From Gemmatimonadaceae bacterium (GTDB taxonomy: Bacteria > Gemmatimonadota > Gemmatimonadetes > Gemmatimonadales > Gemmatimonadaceae), in assembly GCA_035626995.1 (NCBI GenBank), contig DASPMP010000019.1, positions 9,080 to 73,079 of the forward strand: DNA of 64,000 bases. The letters run 5' to 3'. Shown here piece after piece: positions 28,800 to 38,332 of this stretch. Each line of letters opens with the position of its first letter. Position 1 is the first letter of the stretch. The position numbers were made by a program, and so were the translations under genes. The notes below the pieces were generated by a model that saw nothing but the letters and a program-made list of their open reading frames with translations, did not search any database and had not been told where the DNA came from.

Positions 28800-30062
28800 C
28801 TATCGCTTCACCACCCGGATCTCCGGCAAGGGAAAGATCATCCCCACCCCGGCATCCAGCAGCGCGGCCTCTCGCTTAACGAACTCCGCCTCGAAGTGCC
28901 ACGGCAATACGAGATAGAAGTCCGGCTTCATCGCGCGCGAATCCGCCTCGCTGATGATCGGGATGTCCGTGCCCAGGGTCTTCGCGCCGAACTTGTCCGG
29001 ATTCCGGTCCGCGGCGTAGTCGATGAGCCGGTTGTCGATGCCGCACCACTGCAGGATGGTGTTTCCCTTCGTCGACGCGCCGTAGATGTGGATGCTCTTC
29101 CCTTCCGCCTTCAACCGCTTGAGCATCCCGAGCAGCTTCTCGCGATGCACGTTGATCCGGTCCTGGAAATTCTGGTACGGCTTGTCGGTGTCGAGCTCGA
29201 GGTCGAACTCCTGCTGGCGCATCAGGGCGATCTGTCCGCGCCATTCGGGATTGATGTACTTGACGCTGTCCTTCTTCGCGACGTAGCAGCGGATGCTGCC
29301 GCCGTTGATGTCATTCTCCTCGACGCGCACCACCTTCAACTTCGCCCGCGCCATGATCTGCTCCAGCACGGCGAGGCTGTAGTACTCGAGATGCTCGTGA
29401 CAGATCGTGTCGTAGGAGTTCATCTCGAGCATCTTCGGCATGTACGACATCTCGACAATCCAGAGCCCATCCTCAGCGAGATATCGCTCGATGGACTGCG
29501 CGAACGCCACGGGATCTTCGAGATCGTAGAACATCGCGATCGATGTCACGACGTCGAGCTTCGTCTTCCCGAGGACCCGATCGAGCTCCGGCGACGGAAA
29601 GAGGTCGTTCACCACCGTGATGTCGTCGTCTTTGATCTCGGTGACGATGTCCGACGGGTCGATGCCGAACTTGCGAAACCCCTTTGGGTACGCACGCAGC
29701 AGCGTGCCGTCATTTGCGCCGATGTCCAGCACGGCGGCCTTCGATTCGCCCACCATCTCCACGGCGGTGGCCGCGATGCCCGACAGGTGGTTGCGCATCG
29801 TCTGGTTCGTTCCCGACCGGTACCAGTACGCGGAATAGAGCACCGAAGGAGGCACGGACTTGCGCATCTGCAGCAGGCCGCAGGCGTTCTCGTCCTGCGT
29901 CGGATCGCAGCGCATCAGCGAGCAGTCGATCTTCCGCATCGGCGGGATCTCCTTCCCCACCTTCAGGAACGATCCCTGGAGATGCTGCTCGCCAAGGCTG
30001 ATGACGGGTTTGAGCGCGGTCGAGCCACAAACCCTGCAGGTCTTTCGATATGTCAGATGCAT
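28800..30062 (-). CDS. NDP-hexose C-methyltransferase-like enzyme (TylCIII/zinc-ribbon + class I MT + C-methyltransferase C-terminal domain)
   Basis: 420 aa. N-terminal CRVCGS..; YWYRSGTNQTMRNHL; SAM motif VLDIGANDGTLL; EHLEYYSL; C-terminal Rossmann-like IHIYGASTKGNTILQ..DRNPDKFG. Confidence 0.75.
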   Translation of the reverse strand: MHLTYRKTCRVCGSTALKPVISLGEQHLQGSFLKVGKEIPPMRKIDCSLMRCDPTQDENACGLLQMRKSVPPSVLYSAYWYRSGTNQTMRNHLSGIAATAVEMVGESKAAVLDIGANDGTLLRAYPKGFRKFGIDPSDIVTEIKDDDITVVNDLFPSPELDRVLGKTKLDVVTSIAMFYDLEDPVAFAQSIERYLAEDGLWIVEMSYMPKMLEMNSYDTICHEHLEYYSLAVLEQIMARAKLKVVRVEENDINGGSIRCYVAKKDSVKYINPEWRGQIALMRQQEFDLELDTDKPYQNFQDRINVHREKLLGMLKRLKAEGKSIHIYGASTKGNTILQWCGIDNRLIDYAADRNPDKFGAKTLGTDIPIISEADSRAMKPDFYLVLPWHFEAEFVKREAALLDAGVGMIFPLPEIRVVKR

Positions 30063-30110
30063 GGCGCCGTCTAATATCGCGCACTAGCCAGTGGGCGGCT
30101 ATCACGTAGA

Positions 30111-33100
30111 ATGAACGTCCCTTTCCTCGCATCCCCGACCATGCGTCTGCTCGCCAGCCTGACCCTCGCCCTGCTTGTCCTCCCGGCCGCTATCAGTGCG
30201 CAGGGAACCCCCGCCGCCAATGCGTCCGCTCGCCAGGAGCTGCCGCTCCGGCCAGACCGGGCGATCACCCTCGACACGGACGAAGGCACCTGGATCTCCC
30301 TCGACGTCAGCCCCGATGGCCAGTCGATCGTCTTCGACCTGCTCGGCGACCTGTACCTGCTCCCGATCACCGGCGGTAACGCTACCGCGCTGACGAGCGG
30401 CATGGCGTACGACGCGCAGCCACGGTATTCCCCCGACGGGCAGCACATCGTCTTCACTTCGGATCGTGACGGTGCGGATAATGTCTGGATCATCAACGTC
30501 CCGACCAGACAGACGCGACAGATCACTCGCGGCCGGCAGAATCGCTTTCGCTCGCCGGAATGGACGCCGGACGGCAGCTACATCGTCGTATCCCGCTCGA
30601 CGCAACCCATCGGCCCCTCGAAGCCGTGGATGTACCATCGTGACGGTGGCAGTGGTGTGCAGCTGGTGCGCGACCCGCAGCCGCTCGCTGGCGCATTCCC
30701 CCTCAACCTGATGGGCGCCGCGTTTGGGAAGGACGACCGCTACATCTGGTTCGGCCAACGCTCGGGTGCGTGGGAATACAACGCCGGCTTTCCGCAGTGG
30801 CAGCTCGTGACCCTCGATCGCGAGACCGGGCGTCGCGACACCCGGGCCAATCTCCTGGGCGGCGCATTCCGCCCCGCGCTTTCGCCCGATGGCAGGTATC
30901 TGGTCTACGGGTCGCGCCATGAATCGCAGACCGGACTTCGCATTCGCGACGTCAACACCGGCGAGGAACGCTGGCTCGCGTACCCTGTGCAGCGCGACGA
31001 GCAGGAATCGGTTGCGTCCCTCGACGCCCTCCCGGGCTACTCCTTCACACCGGATTCGCGCGCGGTGGTCGTGTCGTATGGCGGGAAGATCTGGCGCGTT
31101 CCGGTCGACGGAAGCTCAGCAGCCGCGATTCCTTTTCGTGTCCAGTCGCGCATCGACATCGGACCGAAGCTCGCGTTCAATTATCGCGTCGCTGATTCCG
31201 CCGAGTTCACCGTGCGCCAGGTCCGCGATGCGGTCCCGTCGCCGAATGGCCGGCAGCTCGCGTTCGTCGCGATGGATCGACTCTACGTGATGGACTTTCC
31301 CGGCGGCACACCGCGGCGCCTGTCGACGTTGGAAGGGAATGACGCGCAGCCCGCGTGGTCACCCGACGGCCAGTGGATTGCCTTCGTGACGTGGACGCGC
31401 CAGGGCGGACAGGCGTTCAAAGTGCGGGCCTCCGGCGGTCGCCCGGTGCAGCTCACCCAGGCCAACGCGCTCTACACGCAGCCTGCGTGGTCCCCGGATG
31501 GCAGTCGCATCGTCATGCAACGAAGCTCTGCGCAATCCGTGCGTGAGAGCGGCGGATTCATGGGGCCGGCGGAGCTCATCTGGGTCTCCAGCAATGGCGG
31601 CGCCGCGAACTTCATTACTGCGACCCAGGGACGCAGCGGCGCACATTTCTCACGCGACACGTCACGCATCTATCTGTACAGCGGCGGTTCGGGGCTCGTC
31701 TCGATTCGCTGGGACGGTACGGACGAGAAGACCCATCTGCGGATCAGCGGCCCCCGCGCTCCCGAAGCGCAGCAGGGAACGAATGCGGCCAGCGCGAAGC
31801 TGTCCCCGTCCGGCGACCAGGTGCTGGTCCAGATCGCGAACGATCTCTACGTCATGCCGCTCATCGTCGCGGGCACCGCACCAACCATCAACCTCGCGAA
31901 TCCCGACAACGCCGAGCTTCCGGTGCGACGGCTGACAGACGTCGGCGGACAGTTCCCTGCATGGCGCAGCGACAGCCGGCATATCCATTGGTCGATCGGT
32001 AACTCGCACTTCGTCTACGATCTGACGCGCGCGCGTCAGGTGGATGACTCCATCGAGACTGCGAACCGGGCGCGTGCGGATTCCGCGCGAGCACGAACCG
32101 ACAGCGCCGCGGCCGCCGGAGACAGCACACGTCGGACACCGACCGCAGCAACGCCACCTGCGTCGCAGCGGGGACGCTACCAGGCCGTCGAGACGCGCAT
32201 CATTGTGCGCGAACGCCGCGACACACCGGACGGCACCGCGCTTTTCCGGGGTGCACGCATCGTCACGATGAAGGGCGATGAGGTCATCGAGAACGGTGCG
32301 ATCCTCGTGCGCAACAATCGTATCGTTGCGGTCGGCCCGAGCGCGTCGGTGCAGGCGCCCGCTGGCGCACGTGTCTTCGATATGAACGGCAAGACCATCG
32401 TCCCGGGGTTTGTCGACACCCACGCACATCTGGGACTGCGCTCCGGCATTCACACGCAGCCATGGTCGTATCTCACCAACCTCGTGTATGGTGTGACGAC
32501 GACCCGCGATCCGCAGACCGGCACCACCGACGTGCTGTCGTACGAAGATGCGGTGATGGCTGGAACGGCGATCGGGCCGCGCATTTACTCCACCGGTCCC
32601 GGGTTGTTCTCGCAGGTGTATATCCCCGCGGCCGGTGAGGACCTGCGCGATCTCGAGCACGCGCGTCGCGTCATGCGCCGGTACAGTGAGTACTACGACA
32701 CGAAGACCCTGAAGATGTACGTCGGCGGCAATCGCCAGCAGCGTCAGTGGATTCTCATGGCCGCGCGCGAGCAGCAGATCATGCCGACGACCGAGGGCGC
32801 GCTCGACACGCGCTACGACATGACCATGGCAATCGACGGGTATCCGGGACAGGAGCACTCCATCCCGGTGTTTCCGATCTACAAGGACGTCGTGTCGCTC
32901 TTCGCGCAGACGGGTATTGCCTACACGCCCACGCTGCTCGTCTCGTACAACGGCCCATTCGGCGAGAACTACTGGTACGCAACCGAAAACCCGTACGACA
33001 ATCCGAAGCTCCGTCGCTTCACACCGTACGAAGAGCTCGCGGGCAAGTCACGTCGCCGCGTACGCGGTCAGTATGGCGGTGGGAACGCCGCGGGCTGGTA

Positions 33101-33530
33101 TGCGCCCGACGAGCACATTTTCGATGAGATCGCGAAGGGAGCCACTGACATCGTCCGCGCCGGCGGCAAGGTCGGCGTCGGCAGCCATGGTCAGCTTCAG
33201 GGACTTGGCTATCACTGGGAGATGTGGTCGCTCGCAATGGGTGGCATGACACCGATGGAAGTGCTGCGTGCCGCCACATTGCATGGCGCCGAGGCGATCG
33301 GTCTGCAACTGGATCTGGGCTCGCTCGAAGTTGGCAAGCTCGCCGATTTCGTGGTGCTCGACCAGAACCCGCTGCAGAACATCCGCAACACCAACACGAT
33401 CAGCATGGTGATGAAAGACGGCCGGCTGTACGACGGGAATTCGGCCGATGAAGTCTTCCCGCGTCAGCGCCGGACTGATCCCGTGCTCGGCACGCCGCAG
33501 CGGCCTGTCGTCGGCGCTGGTATCCGGTGA
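30111..33530 (+). CDS. Secreted fusion protein: TolB-like PD40 beta-propeller repeats plus a C-terminal metal-dependent amidohydrolase
   Basis: 1139 aa. Signal peptide. Multiple PD40 motifs (SPDGQSIVF, SPDGQHIVFTSDRDG, TPDGSYIVVS, SPDGRYLVYGS, SPDGQWIAF, SPDGSRIVM). Amidohydrolase motif PGFVDTHAHLG, and C-terminal ..GSLEVGKLADFVVLD. Confidence 0.88.
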   Translation: MNVPFLASPTMRLLASLTLALLVLPAAISAQGTPAANASARQELPLRPDRAITLDTDEGTWISLDVSPDGQSIVFDLLGDLYLLPITGGNATALTSGMAYDAQPRYSPDGQHIVFTSDRDGADNVWIINVPTRQTRQITRGRQNRFRSPEWTPDGSYIVVSRSTQPIGPSKPWMYHRDGGSGVQLVRDPQPLAGAFPLNLMGAAFGKDDRYIWFGQRSGAWEYNAGFPQWQLVTLDRETGRRDTRANLLGGAFRPALSPDGRYLVYGSRHESQTGLRIRDVNTGEERWLAYPVQRDEQESVASLDALPGYSFTPDSRAVVVSYGGKIWRVPVDGSSAAAIPFRVQSRIDIGPKLAFNYRVADSAEFTVRQVRDAVPSPNGRQLAFVAMDRLYVMDFPGGTPRRLSTLEGNDAQPAWSPDGQWIAFVTWTRQGGQAFKVRASGGRPVQLTQANALYTQPAWSPDGSRIVMQRSSAQSVRESGGFMGPAELIWVSSNGGAANFITATQGRSGAHFSRDTSRIYLYSGGSGLVSIRWDGTDEKTHLRISGPRAPEAQQGTNAASAKLSPSGDQVLVQIANDLYVMPLIVAGTAPTINLANPDNAELPVRRLTDVGGQFPAWRSDSRHIHWSIGNSHFVYDLTRARQVDDSIETANRARADSARARTDSAAAAGDSTRRTPTAATPPASQRGRYQAVETRIIVRERRDTPDGTALFRGARIVTMKGDEVIENGAILVRNNRIVAVGPSASVQAPAGARVFDMNGKTIVPGFVDTHAHLGLRSGIHTQPWSYLTNLVYGVTTTRDPQTGTTDVLSYEDAVMAGTAIGPRIYSTGPGLFSQVYIPAAGEDLRDLEHARRVMRRYSEYYDTKTLKMYVGGNRQQRQWILMAAREQQIMPTTEGALDTRYDMTMAIDGYPGQEHSIPVFPIYKDVVSLFAQTGIAYTPTLLVSYNGPFGENYWYATENPYDNPKLRRFTPYEELAGKSRRRVRGQYGGGNAAGWYAPDEHIFDEIAKGATDIVRAGGKVGVGSHGQLQGLGYHWEMWSLAMGGMTPMEVLRAATLHGAEAIGLQLDLGSLEVGKLADFVVLDQNPLQNIRNTNTISMVMKDGRLYDGNSADEVFPRQRRTDPVLGTPQRPVVGAGIR

Positions 33531-33850
33531 CCTACGACGCCGGACTCGTCGCACGGGTGGCGGACTGTCTGGCGAACATGGGAGAGAAGCGCGTCCGCCA
33601 GAAGAATGTCTTCAGCGGGCGCGGCTTCCTCATCGGCAAGTCGACGTTCGCGATCGCCTGGCGCGACGGTCTGATCGTGAAGACCACGCCCGAGGATTAT
33701 CCAAAGGCATTGAAGGAGCGGGGCGTTACGCCGTTCGCGCCAGGCGGCGAGAAGCCCATGACGACATGGGTCGTCGTTGAACCTGAAGAGATCGCGGACG
33801 ACCCTGAGCTCACCGACTGGCTGCGGCGCGGCCTGCGCGCGATCCGCTAG
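33527..33850 (+). CDS. TfoX N-terminal domain protein
   Basis: 107 aa. LVARVADCL..V..KNVFSGRGFLIGKSTFAIAWRDGLIVK fits the TfoX/Sxy N-domain pattern. The GTG start overlaps the amidohydrolase stop (GTGA). Confidence 0.7.
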   Translation: MTYDAGLVARVADCLANMGEKRVRQKNVFSGRGFLIGKSTFAIAWRDGLIVKTTPEDYPKALKERGVTPFAPGGEKPMTTWVVVEPEEIADDPELTDWLRRGLRAIR

Positions 33851-33853
33851 GAC

Positions 33854-34337
33854 TTAGAACCTGAGCCCGACCGTCAGTGGCGCCGCTTCCATGCTGTGGA
33901 CATTCGAGCTTATCCACGGGCGGCGCAATTCGAGGAACGGCTCGCGATTTCCGAGGCGGTGTCGTATCCCCCCACCGAGGCCAAATGCCCGGCCATGCGA
34001 TCTGGTCGCCTGGTCCGGCTGTTCCGAAAACGGATCCGAGGCCCATGCTCTCTCCACGGTTGTACAACAGATCGATCCGTGATGTGATCGCGGTGGTGGG
34101 ATGTCGCCGCGACGCGCCCACAGTTACGTGGCCAAAGTACCTGGATGCTCCTGTGATCAGTGGCTGATCAGGGACGTATCGATAGCCACCGGAACCTGGC
34201 TGGTAGAACCGAACCTTCCCGGTCATATAGCTGAGTCCTCCGCCAATACCCCAGCGCCAGCGCACGCTGTCCTGTGCAATGAGAGAGGTTGCGGTGAACA
34301 ACACCATCGCGGACGCACTGGCCACTTCCCGTAACAT
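33854..34337 (-). pseudogene. Small outer-membrane beta-barrel protein gene with an apparent frameshift (or a sequencing error)
   Basis: GGAGG lies 5 nt upstream of the ATG at 34335-34337. Signal peptide MLREVASASAMVLFTATSLIAQ, followed by barrel-like alternating sequence. The barrel-like sequence then continues in another frame (ORF 33854..34057: ..AFGLGGGIRHRLGN..APLTVGLRF, with the classic terminal Phe). The original frame continues as Pro/Arg-rich sequence into the TfoX gene. Confidence 0.5.
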
Positions 34338-34352
34338 CGTTCCTCCTGCGTT

Positions 34353-35480
34353 CTACTCAGGACATGCAATCTTCTGCGACGCACCCAGCATCGTGATGCC
34401 CCGCGTTCCCAGCTGCACCCGCGCCGAGTCGCCCACGACGCCCCATGAACCGAACGTGGAATCGCCGGGCAAACGAATCACCGTGAGACCCAGCGCCGCG
34501 CGTGTGGTGTCGAGGCGGATGATCAACGCTGGTCGCGCATCAGAGAAATCCGATCGGGCGGCGACGCCCGCACTCGGCGGCGCACTTGCTGGCGCACGCG
34601 CCACGCGACCGCGCGTGGCAGCCGTCGGCTCCGCCCGTTGCACCGCTGCGCCCGCGCCGACCGATGCAACGATCGTTGCGGGATCGAGGCGATAACATCC
34701 GGCTAGCCGCTCGGTCGGCGTCATTGTGACCGAGGTAAATACCGAACGCAGCCTGGTCTCGTCCGCGACGGACTTGGCAGCCTCCGTCTGCAAGAGCTCA
34801 GCGCTGCGCGGTGGTTGTATCACATCCAAAGTTGCGGGCCGCGATGGCGCCGCTTCGGCGGTGATGGTCGCCGCTGCACGCCGTTCTGAAGCGCCGCCAA
34901 CGGCGGCGGCACCCACCGGGCCCGTCGCAGTGCCCGCGACTCGTCCCACTTCCTGCTTCGCCGCCGACCGTGACCGTGTCGCCGACTGCGGCGCCGGTTC
35001 TGCGGCGTTGGCCGCAACCGAAGTGGACACTGCAGGAGGTATTTCCGGCTCGGCTGGAGGAGCCGCATCCGCCGGTGGCGGAGGAGTCACCGCATCCGAA
35101 CCTGCAAGCGGCATCTGAGAAGTGACCGCTGACTCCTGGGATGCAGCACGATCCTGACTGAGGTCGGAGGTGCGAAGCACGACCGCCGCGAGCAGCACCG
35201 CCGCGACGGCTCCGATCCACGGAGCGCGACGACGGATGCCGCGGTGTGGCTGTGTCAGCGGTACTACGCCCGGCGTTGCCGGCTTCGGCACGACGTTGAC
35301 GCGATCGTCGTCGAGCGCGCGAAGCACTCGGGACGCCGCAGCCATGATCCCACGCGCCTCGGCAACCATCCCGGCGCACGATTCGCACGCGACGATGTGC
35401 GCCTCGATCGCGGTCGACTGCTCATCGGTCAGCGCGCCGTCGAGCCACGCGTGGATGGTGCCCTCGTCCAGATGATTCAT
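34353..35480 (-). CDS. Anti-sigma factor (zf-HC2 type, single-pass membrane)
   Basis: N-terminal HAWLDGALTDEQSTAIEAHIVACESCAGMV (H-x3-C-x2-C). TM segment APWIGAVAAVLLAAVVL. Ala/Pro-rich periplasmic part. The ATG overlaps the sigma factor stop (ATGA). Confidence 0.8.
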   Translation of the reverse strand: MNHLDEGTIHAWLDGALTDEQSTAIEAHIVACESCAGMVAEARGIMAAASRVLRALDDDRVNVVPKPATPGVVPLTQPHRGIRRRAPWIGAVAAVLLAAVVLRTSDLSQDRAASQESAVTSQMPLAGSDAVTPPPPADAAPPAEPEIPPAVSTSVAANAAEPAPQSATRSRSAAKQEVGRVAGTATGPVGAAAVGGASERRAAATITAEAAPSRPATLDVIQPPRSAELLQTEAAKSVADETRLRSVFTSVTMTPTERLAGCYRLDPATIVASVGAGAAVQRAEPTAATRGRVARAPASAPPSAGVAARSDFSDARPALIIRLDTTRAALGLTVIRLPGDSTFGSWGVVGDSARVQLGTRGITMLGASQKIACPE

Positions 35481-35986
35481 ACTGCTCTCCGGTCCTGGTT
35501 CTTTCGCAACTCTTCGTACGCTTCCACGAGCCTCCGGCGCGCACGCGACAGCGTCGTTCCGACCGACGCCACCGACAGCTCGAGCGCCTCGGCGATCTCG
35601 TGATAATCCAGTCCTTCTTCCTTCATCAGCAGCGCCTCCCGGTCGCGCTCGGTCAGCGCCTCGATTGCCTTTCTCGCAATCGCGCGCTCCTCGGCGCGCT
35701 CGGCGTCCGTCTCCGGCGGCTCGACAATGCTGTCCGCCTTCGCTTCTTCACGCAGCAGCTCGAGATGACGCCGCCGGCGCGCGTCCTTGCGCGCCTCGTC
35801 CCGGATCAGGTTCGTCGCCACGGCAAACAACCACGCTCGCTCATTGGTGAGTTCCGTCTGTCGCAGGGCGCGCACGAACGTCTCCTGCGCCACCTCTTCC
35901 GCCCAGTCACGATCGCCGAGGCGACGCGTGAGGTAGCGGACGAGGGGCGCGTGGTACTCACGAAAGAGACGTTCGACGTCGTTCAA
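35477..35986 (-). CDS. ECF (group 4) RNA polymerase sigma factor
   Basis: 169 aa. Region 2: LFREYHAPLVRYLTRRLGDRDWAEEVAQETFVRAL. Region 4 HTH: DYHEIAEALELSVASVGTTLSRARRRL. An apparent TTG start overlaps the VIT-vWA stop. Confidence 0.88.
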   Translation of the reverse strand: MNDVERLFREYHAPLVRYLTRRLGDRDWAEEVAQETFVRALRQTELTNERAWLFAVATNLIRDEARKDARRRRHLELLREEAKADSIVEPPETDAERAEERAIARKAIEALTERDREALLMKEEGLDYHEIAEALELSVASVGTTLSRARRRLVEAYEELRKNQDRRAV

Positions 35987-38274
35987 AACTTCCTCACAAT
36001 CTGCTCCAGGTCATCGGCTGACAGCTCCGCCGCGTCGCTCACCACCTCGATCGCGATGCTCCGTCCCGCAACCACAACGCGATCCCCGACGGCGAACGCT
36101 TCCTTCAGCTCCGGAATCCGTTCGACCAGCGCGAAGTACGATCGCGAATATGCCTTCACCTTGTACACCTGCAACTCGGGTTTCATCGCGGCGTCCGTCC
36201 ACACCTCGCCGCTGCGCTGGAACAGTCGCGCACCAGCACGGCGCATGTCAGAGGATGTCACGCCGCTCGCCATATCCGCGGCCGCCACTGACTTGGCTTC
36301 GCGCTGACTGGCAGACGTCCGGGCTGCTTCGAATCTCGCTTCCGGCGCGGCAGCGGCCGTGGGTGCGACATTCCCCGCAACGCTACCTACTCCCGCCCTG
36401 CGGAGACGGGTGGCGTCCTGCGGCCCACGCTGCGCGACCACTCCCGGCTCGAGCACCAGATACGACGTGAATTCCGTGGGGATGCCGAAACGCTCGCCGA
36501 GCTGGCGGATTTCCTGGTCCACTTCGCTCGAGCCACCATTGCGACGCTTCTCGGCCGCCAGCCACCCGATACGCTGCGTGGCCCAGAGACGCGGGACAAA
36601 GGCATTGTCCCGCTCTTCACGGGGGAACATCCGCTGCGACGACCAGCGCACCTGCCTGCCGCCGGACCGTCCGCTCACGACGACATTCGTCGGACCGTTG
36701 CCTTCGTACCGCGCCAGGATCACGAGATCCTGTCCCGCGAACACATCCAGTGCCCCGGACGGATAGACGCGCGACAGCCGCACGTTGCCGTCGGTCGTGA
36801 CGCGAACATCGGTCAGCAACGGCTGACGCAGACGAGTGGCCAGCAACTCGACGGCACGCTCGACGTTTTCATCCGGCCGGACAAAGTGGGCCGTGCCGCG
36901 TCCTTCGAGCGCGAGTTGCTCGATGAGGCCGACGTTCACGTCAGCGCCCATTCCGACGGAGAAGACGCGGGCATCTCCACGCAGCCGAGCGGCGCGTGCA
37001 GCGATGTCTGCCGGATCGCGCAGACCTACCGTCGGCGCGCCATCGGTCATGAACAGCACCAGTGGCATCCGGTCGGACACGAGAAGCCCTTCCTCGTCGG
37101 TCCGCGGCTCGCCGGTGGCCGGACGCCGAGCCATGGTACGCAACGCCTCTTCGAGTGCACCCGAAATGTTCGTCGATCCAACCGCTTCAAGGTCGTCGAG
37201 ATAGCGAACGGCAGCGCGGACGTTGGCTTCGGTTGCGAACACGAACTCGTCACGGAAGCTGCGCACGTCTGTCGAGAAATCGACCACGCGAAAACGATCG
37301 CGAGGATTGAGCGTGCGAAGCAACTGCCGTCCCGCGGCCTTTGCCTGCTCGAGCTTTTGCCCGCTCATGGAGCCCGACACGTCGATCACGAAGGTGACGT
37401 CACGCGGCAGCCGCGATGACGCGACATCTGCTGGTGGGGTGACCGTGATCAGCGCATATCCGGGCTCGTCCCGCCGTGCGTTCGACAGCACCGACACCGA
37501 GGCGGCTGAGGATCGACGCATCGCCACAAGCACGGTGATGTCCGGACCACCGCCATCGATGGATACCCGGCGAATTGCGGCCTCGCGGTCGATATCCAGT
37601 TCGTGGGTGGGCGAATAGGGCTCTCCGAGCTCGCCTCCGGCGCGATACGTCAGCGTGAAGGTCGTACGTCCGCGATCCATCACCGTGCCGCGCGACTGCT
37701 GCGCGGGGCGTACCAGGACCTGCGGCTCGACCACGTTCTCATTCGCGCGCCCGCGGAAATAGTCGACGCGCATCGCGTCCCCTTCCCGTTCCGCGACGCT
37801 CTCATACCGGATGACGATGCGCCGTTCCTCGCCCGCCTGGAACGGAAAGATCCGCGTGCGCAGCATGCCATGACCCATCCATTCCACCAGCGCTGGATCC
37901 TTCTGTCGGCGCACGATGTCCTCGTAGATCTGACGGGCTTCGACGGCGTTCATCGTCTCGCCGGCAACCATTTCGCCGTCGATAGACAGCTTGAGGTCGC
38001 GGAAGGCCGCGTTCTTCGGGAGCGGAAAGATGTAGTCAGCCTCGCCGATGGTGCCGCCGCGATTCACGAAGCGCTCTTCGACTTCGTATCGAAGGACACG
38101 GTCGCGGAGCTCGACTTTGACGTCGCTGCGCGTGCGCACCACCTGTGCGCGGGCGGGCATGCAATCCATGATCGGCCGGTTTGGCCGAGGTGCAGGGCAG
38201 CGGGGGATGACAATACCCTGGGCGCCCGCGATCGCGGGGAGGGCCAAGGTGAGCAGGAATGGCAGGGTTCGCAT
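35983..38274 (-). CDS. Secreted VIT (vault inter-alpha-trypsin) plus von Willebrand factor A domain protein
   Basis: The start is taken at MRTLPFLLTLALPAIAGAQG. VIT-like N-domain (..VELRDRVLRYEVEERFVNRG..DYIFPLP). vWA MIDAS motif DVTFVIDVSGSMSG. Confidence 0.85.
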   Translation of the reverse strand: MRTLPFLLTLALPAIAGAQGIVIPRCPAPRPNRPIMDCMPARAQVVRTRSDVKVELRDRVLRYEVEERFVNRGGTIGEADYIFPLPKNAAFRDLKLSIDGEMVAGETMNAVEARQIYEDIVRRQKDPALVEWMGHGMLRTRIFPFQAGEERRIVIRYESVAEREGDAMRVDYFRGRANENVVEPQVLVRPAQQSRGTVMDRGRTTFTLTYRAGGELGEPYSPTHELDIDREAAIRRVSIDGGGPDITVLVAMRRSSAASVSVLSNARRDEPGYALITVTPPADVASSRLPRDVTFVIDVSGSMSGQKLEQAKAAGRQLLRTLNPRDRFRVVDFSTDVRSFRDEFVFATEANVRAAVRYLDDLEAVGSTNISGALEEALRTMARRPATGEPRTDEEGLLVSDRMPLVLFMTDGAPTVGLRDPADIAARAARLRGDARVFSVGMGADVNVGLIEQLALEGRGTAHFVRPDENVERAVELLATRLRQPLLTDVRVTTDGNVRLSRVYPSGALDVFAGQDLVILARYEGNGPTNVVVSGRSGGRQVRWSSQRMFPREERDNAFVPRLWATQRIGWLAAEKRRNGGSSEVDQEIRQLGERFGIPTEFTSYLVLEPGVVAQRGPQDATRLRRAGVGSVAGNVAPTAAAAPEARFEAARTSASQREAKSVAAADMASGVTSSDMRRAGARLFQRSGEVWTDAAMKPELQVYKVKAYSRSYFALVERIPELKEAFAVGDRVVVAGRSIAIEVVSDAAELSADDLEQIVRKF

Positions 38275-38332
38275 GAGCAGTCCGGTTGCAGACGTATGGG
38301 AGACGTCGCTCGCGGCAGGACTTGCACACACC

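Noticed and set aside
28479-30074. 531-aa + strand ORF
   Set aside because: It is antisense to the ICMT-like and C-methyltransferase genes and has no motifs. It is a shadow ORF.
33810-33853. 3' tail of ORF 33810..34337 overlapping the TfoX gene
   Set aside because: The last ~60 residues of that frame are Pro/Arg/Ser-rich. A second frame ends with a canonical barrel terminus at 33854. I interpret this as a frameshift rather than a genuine overlap.
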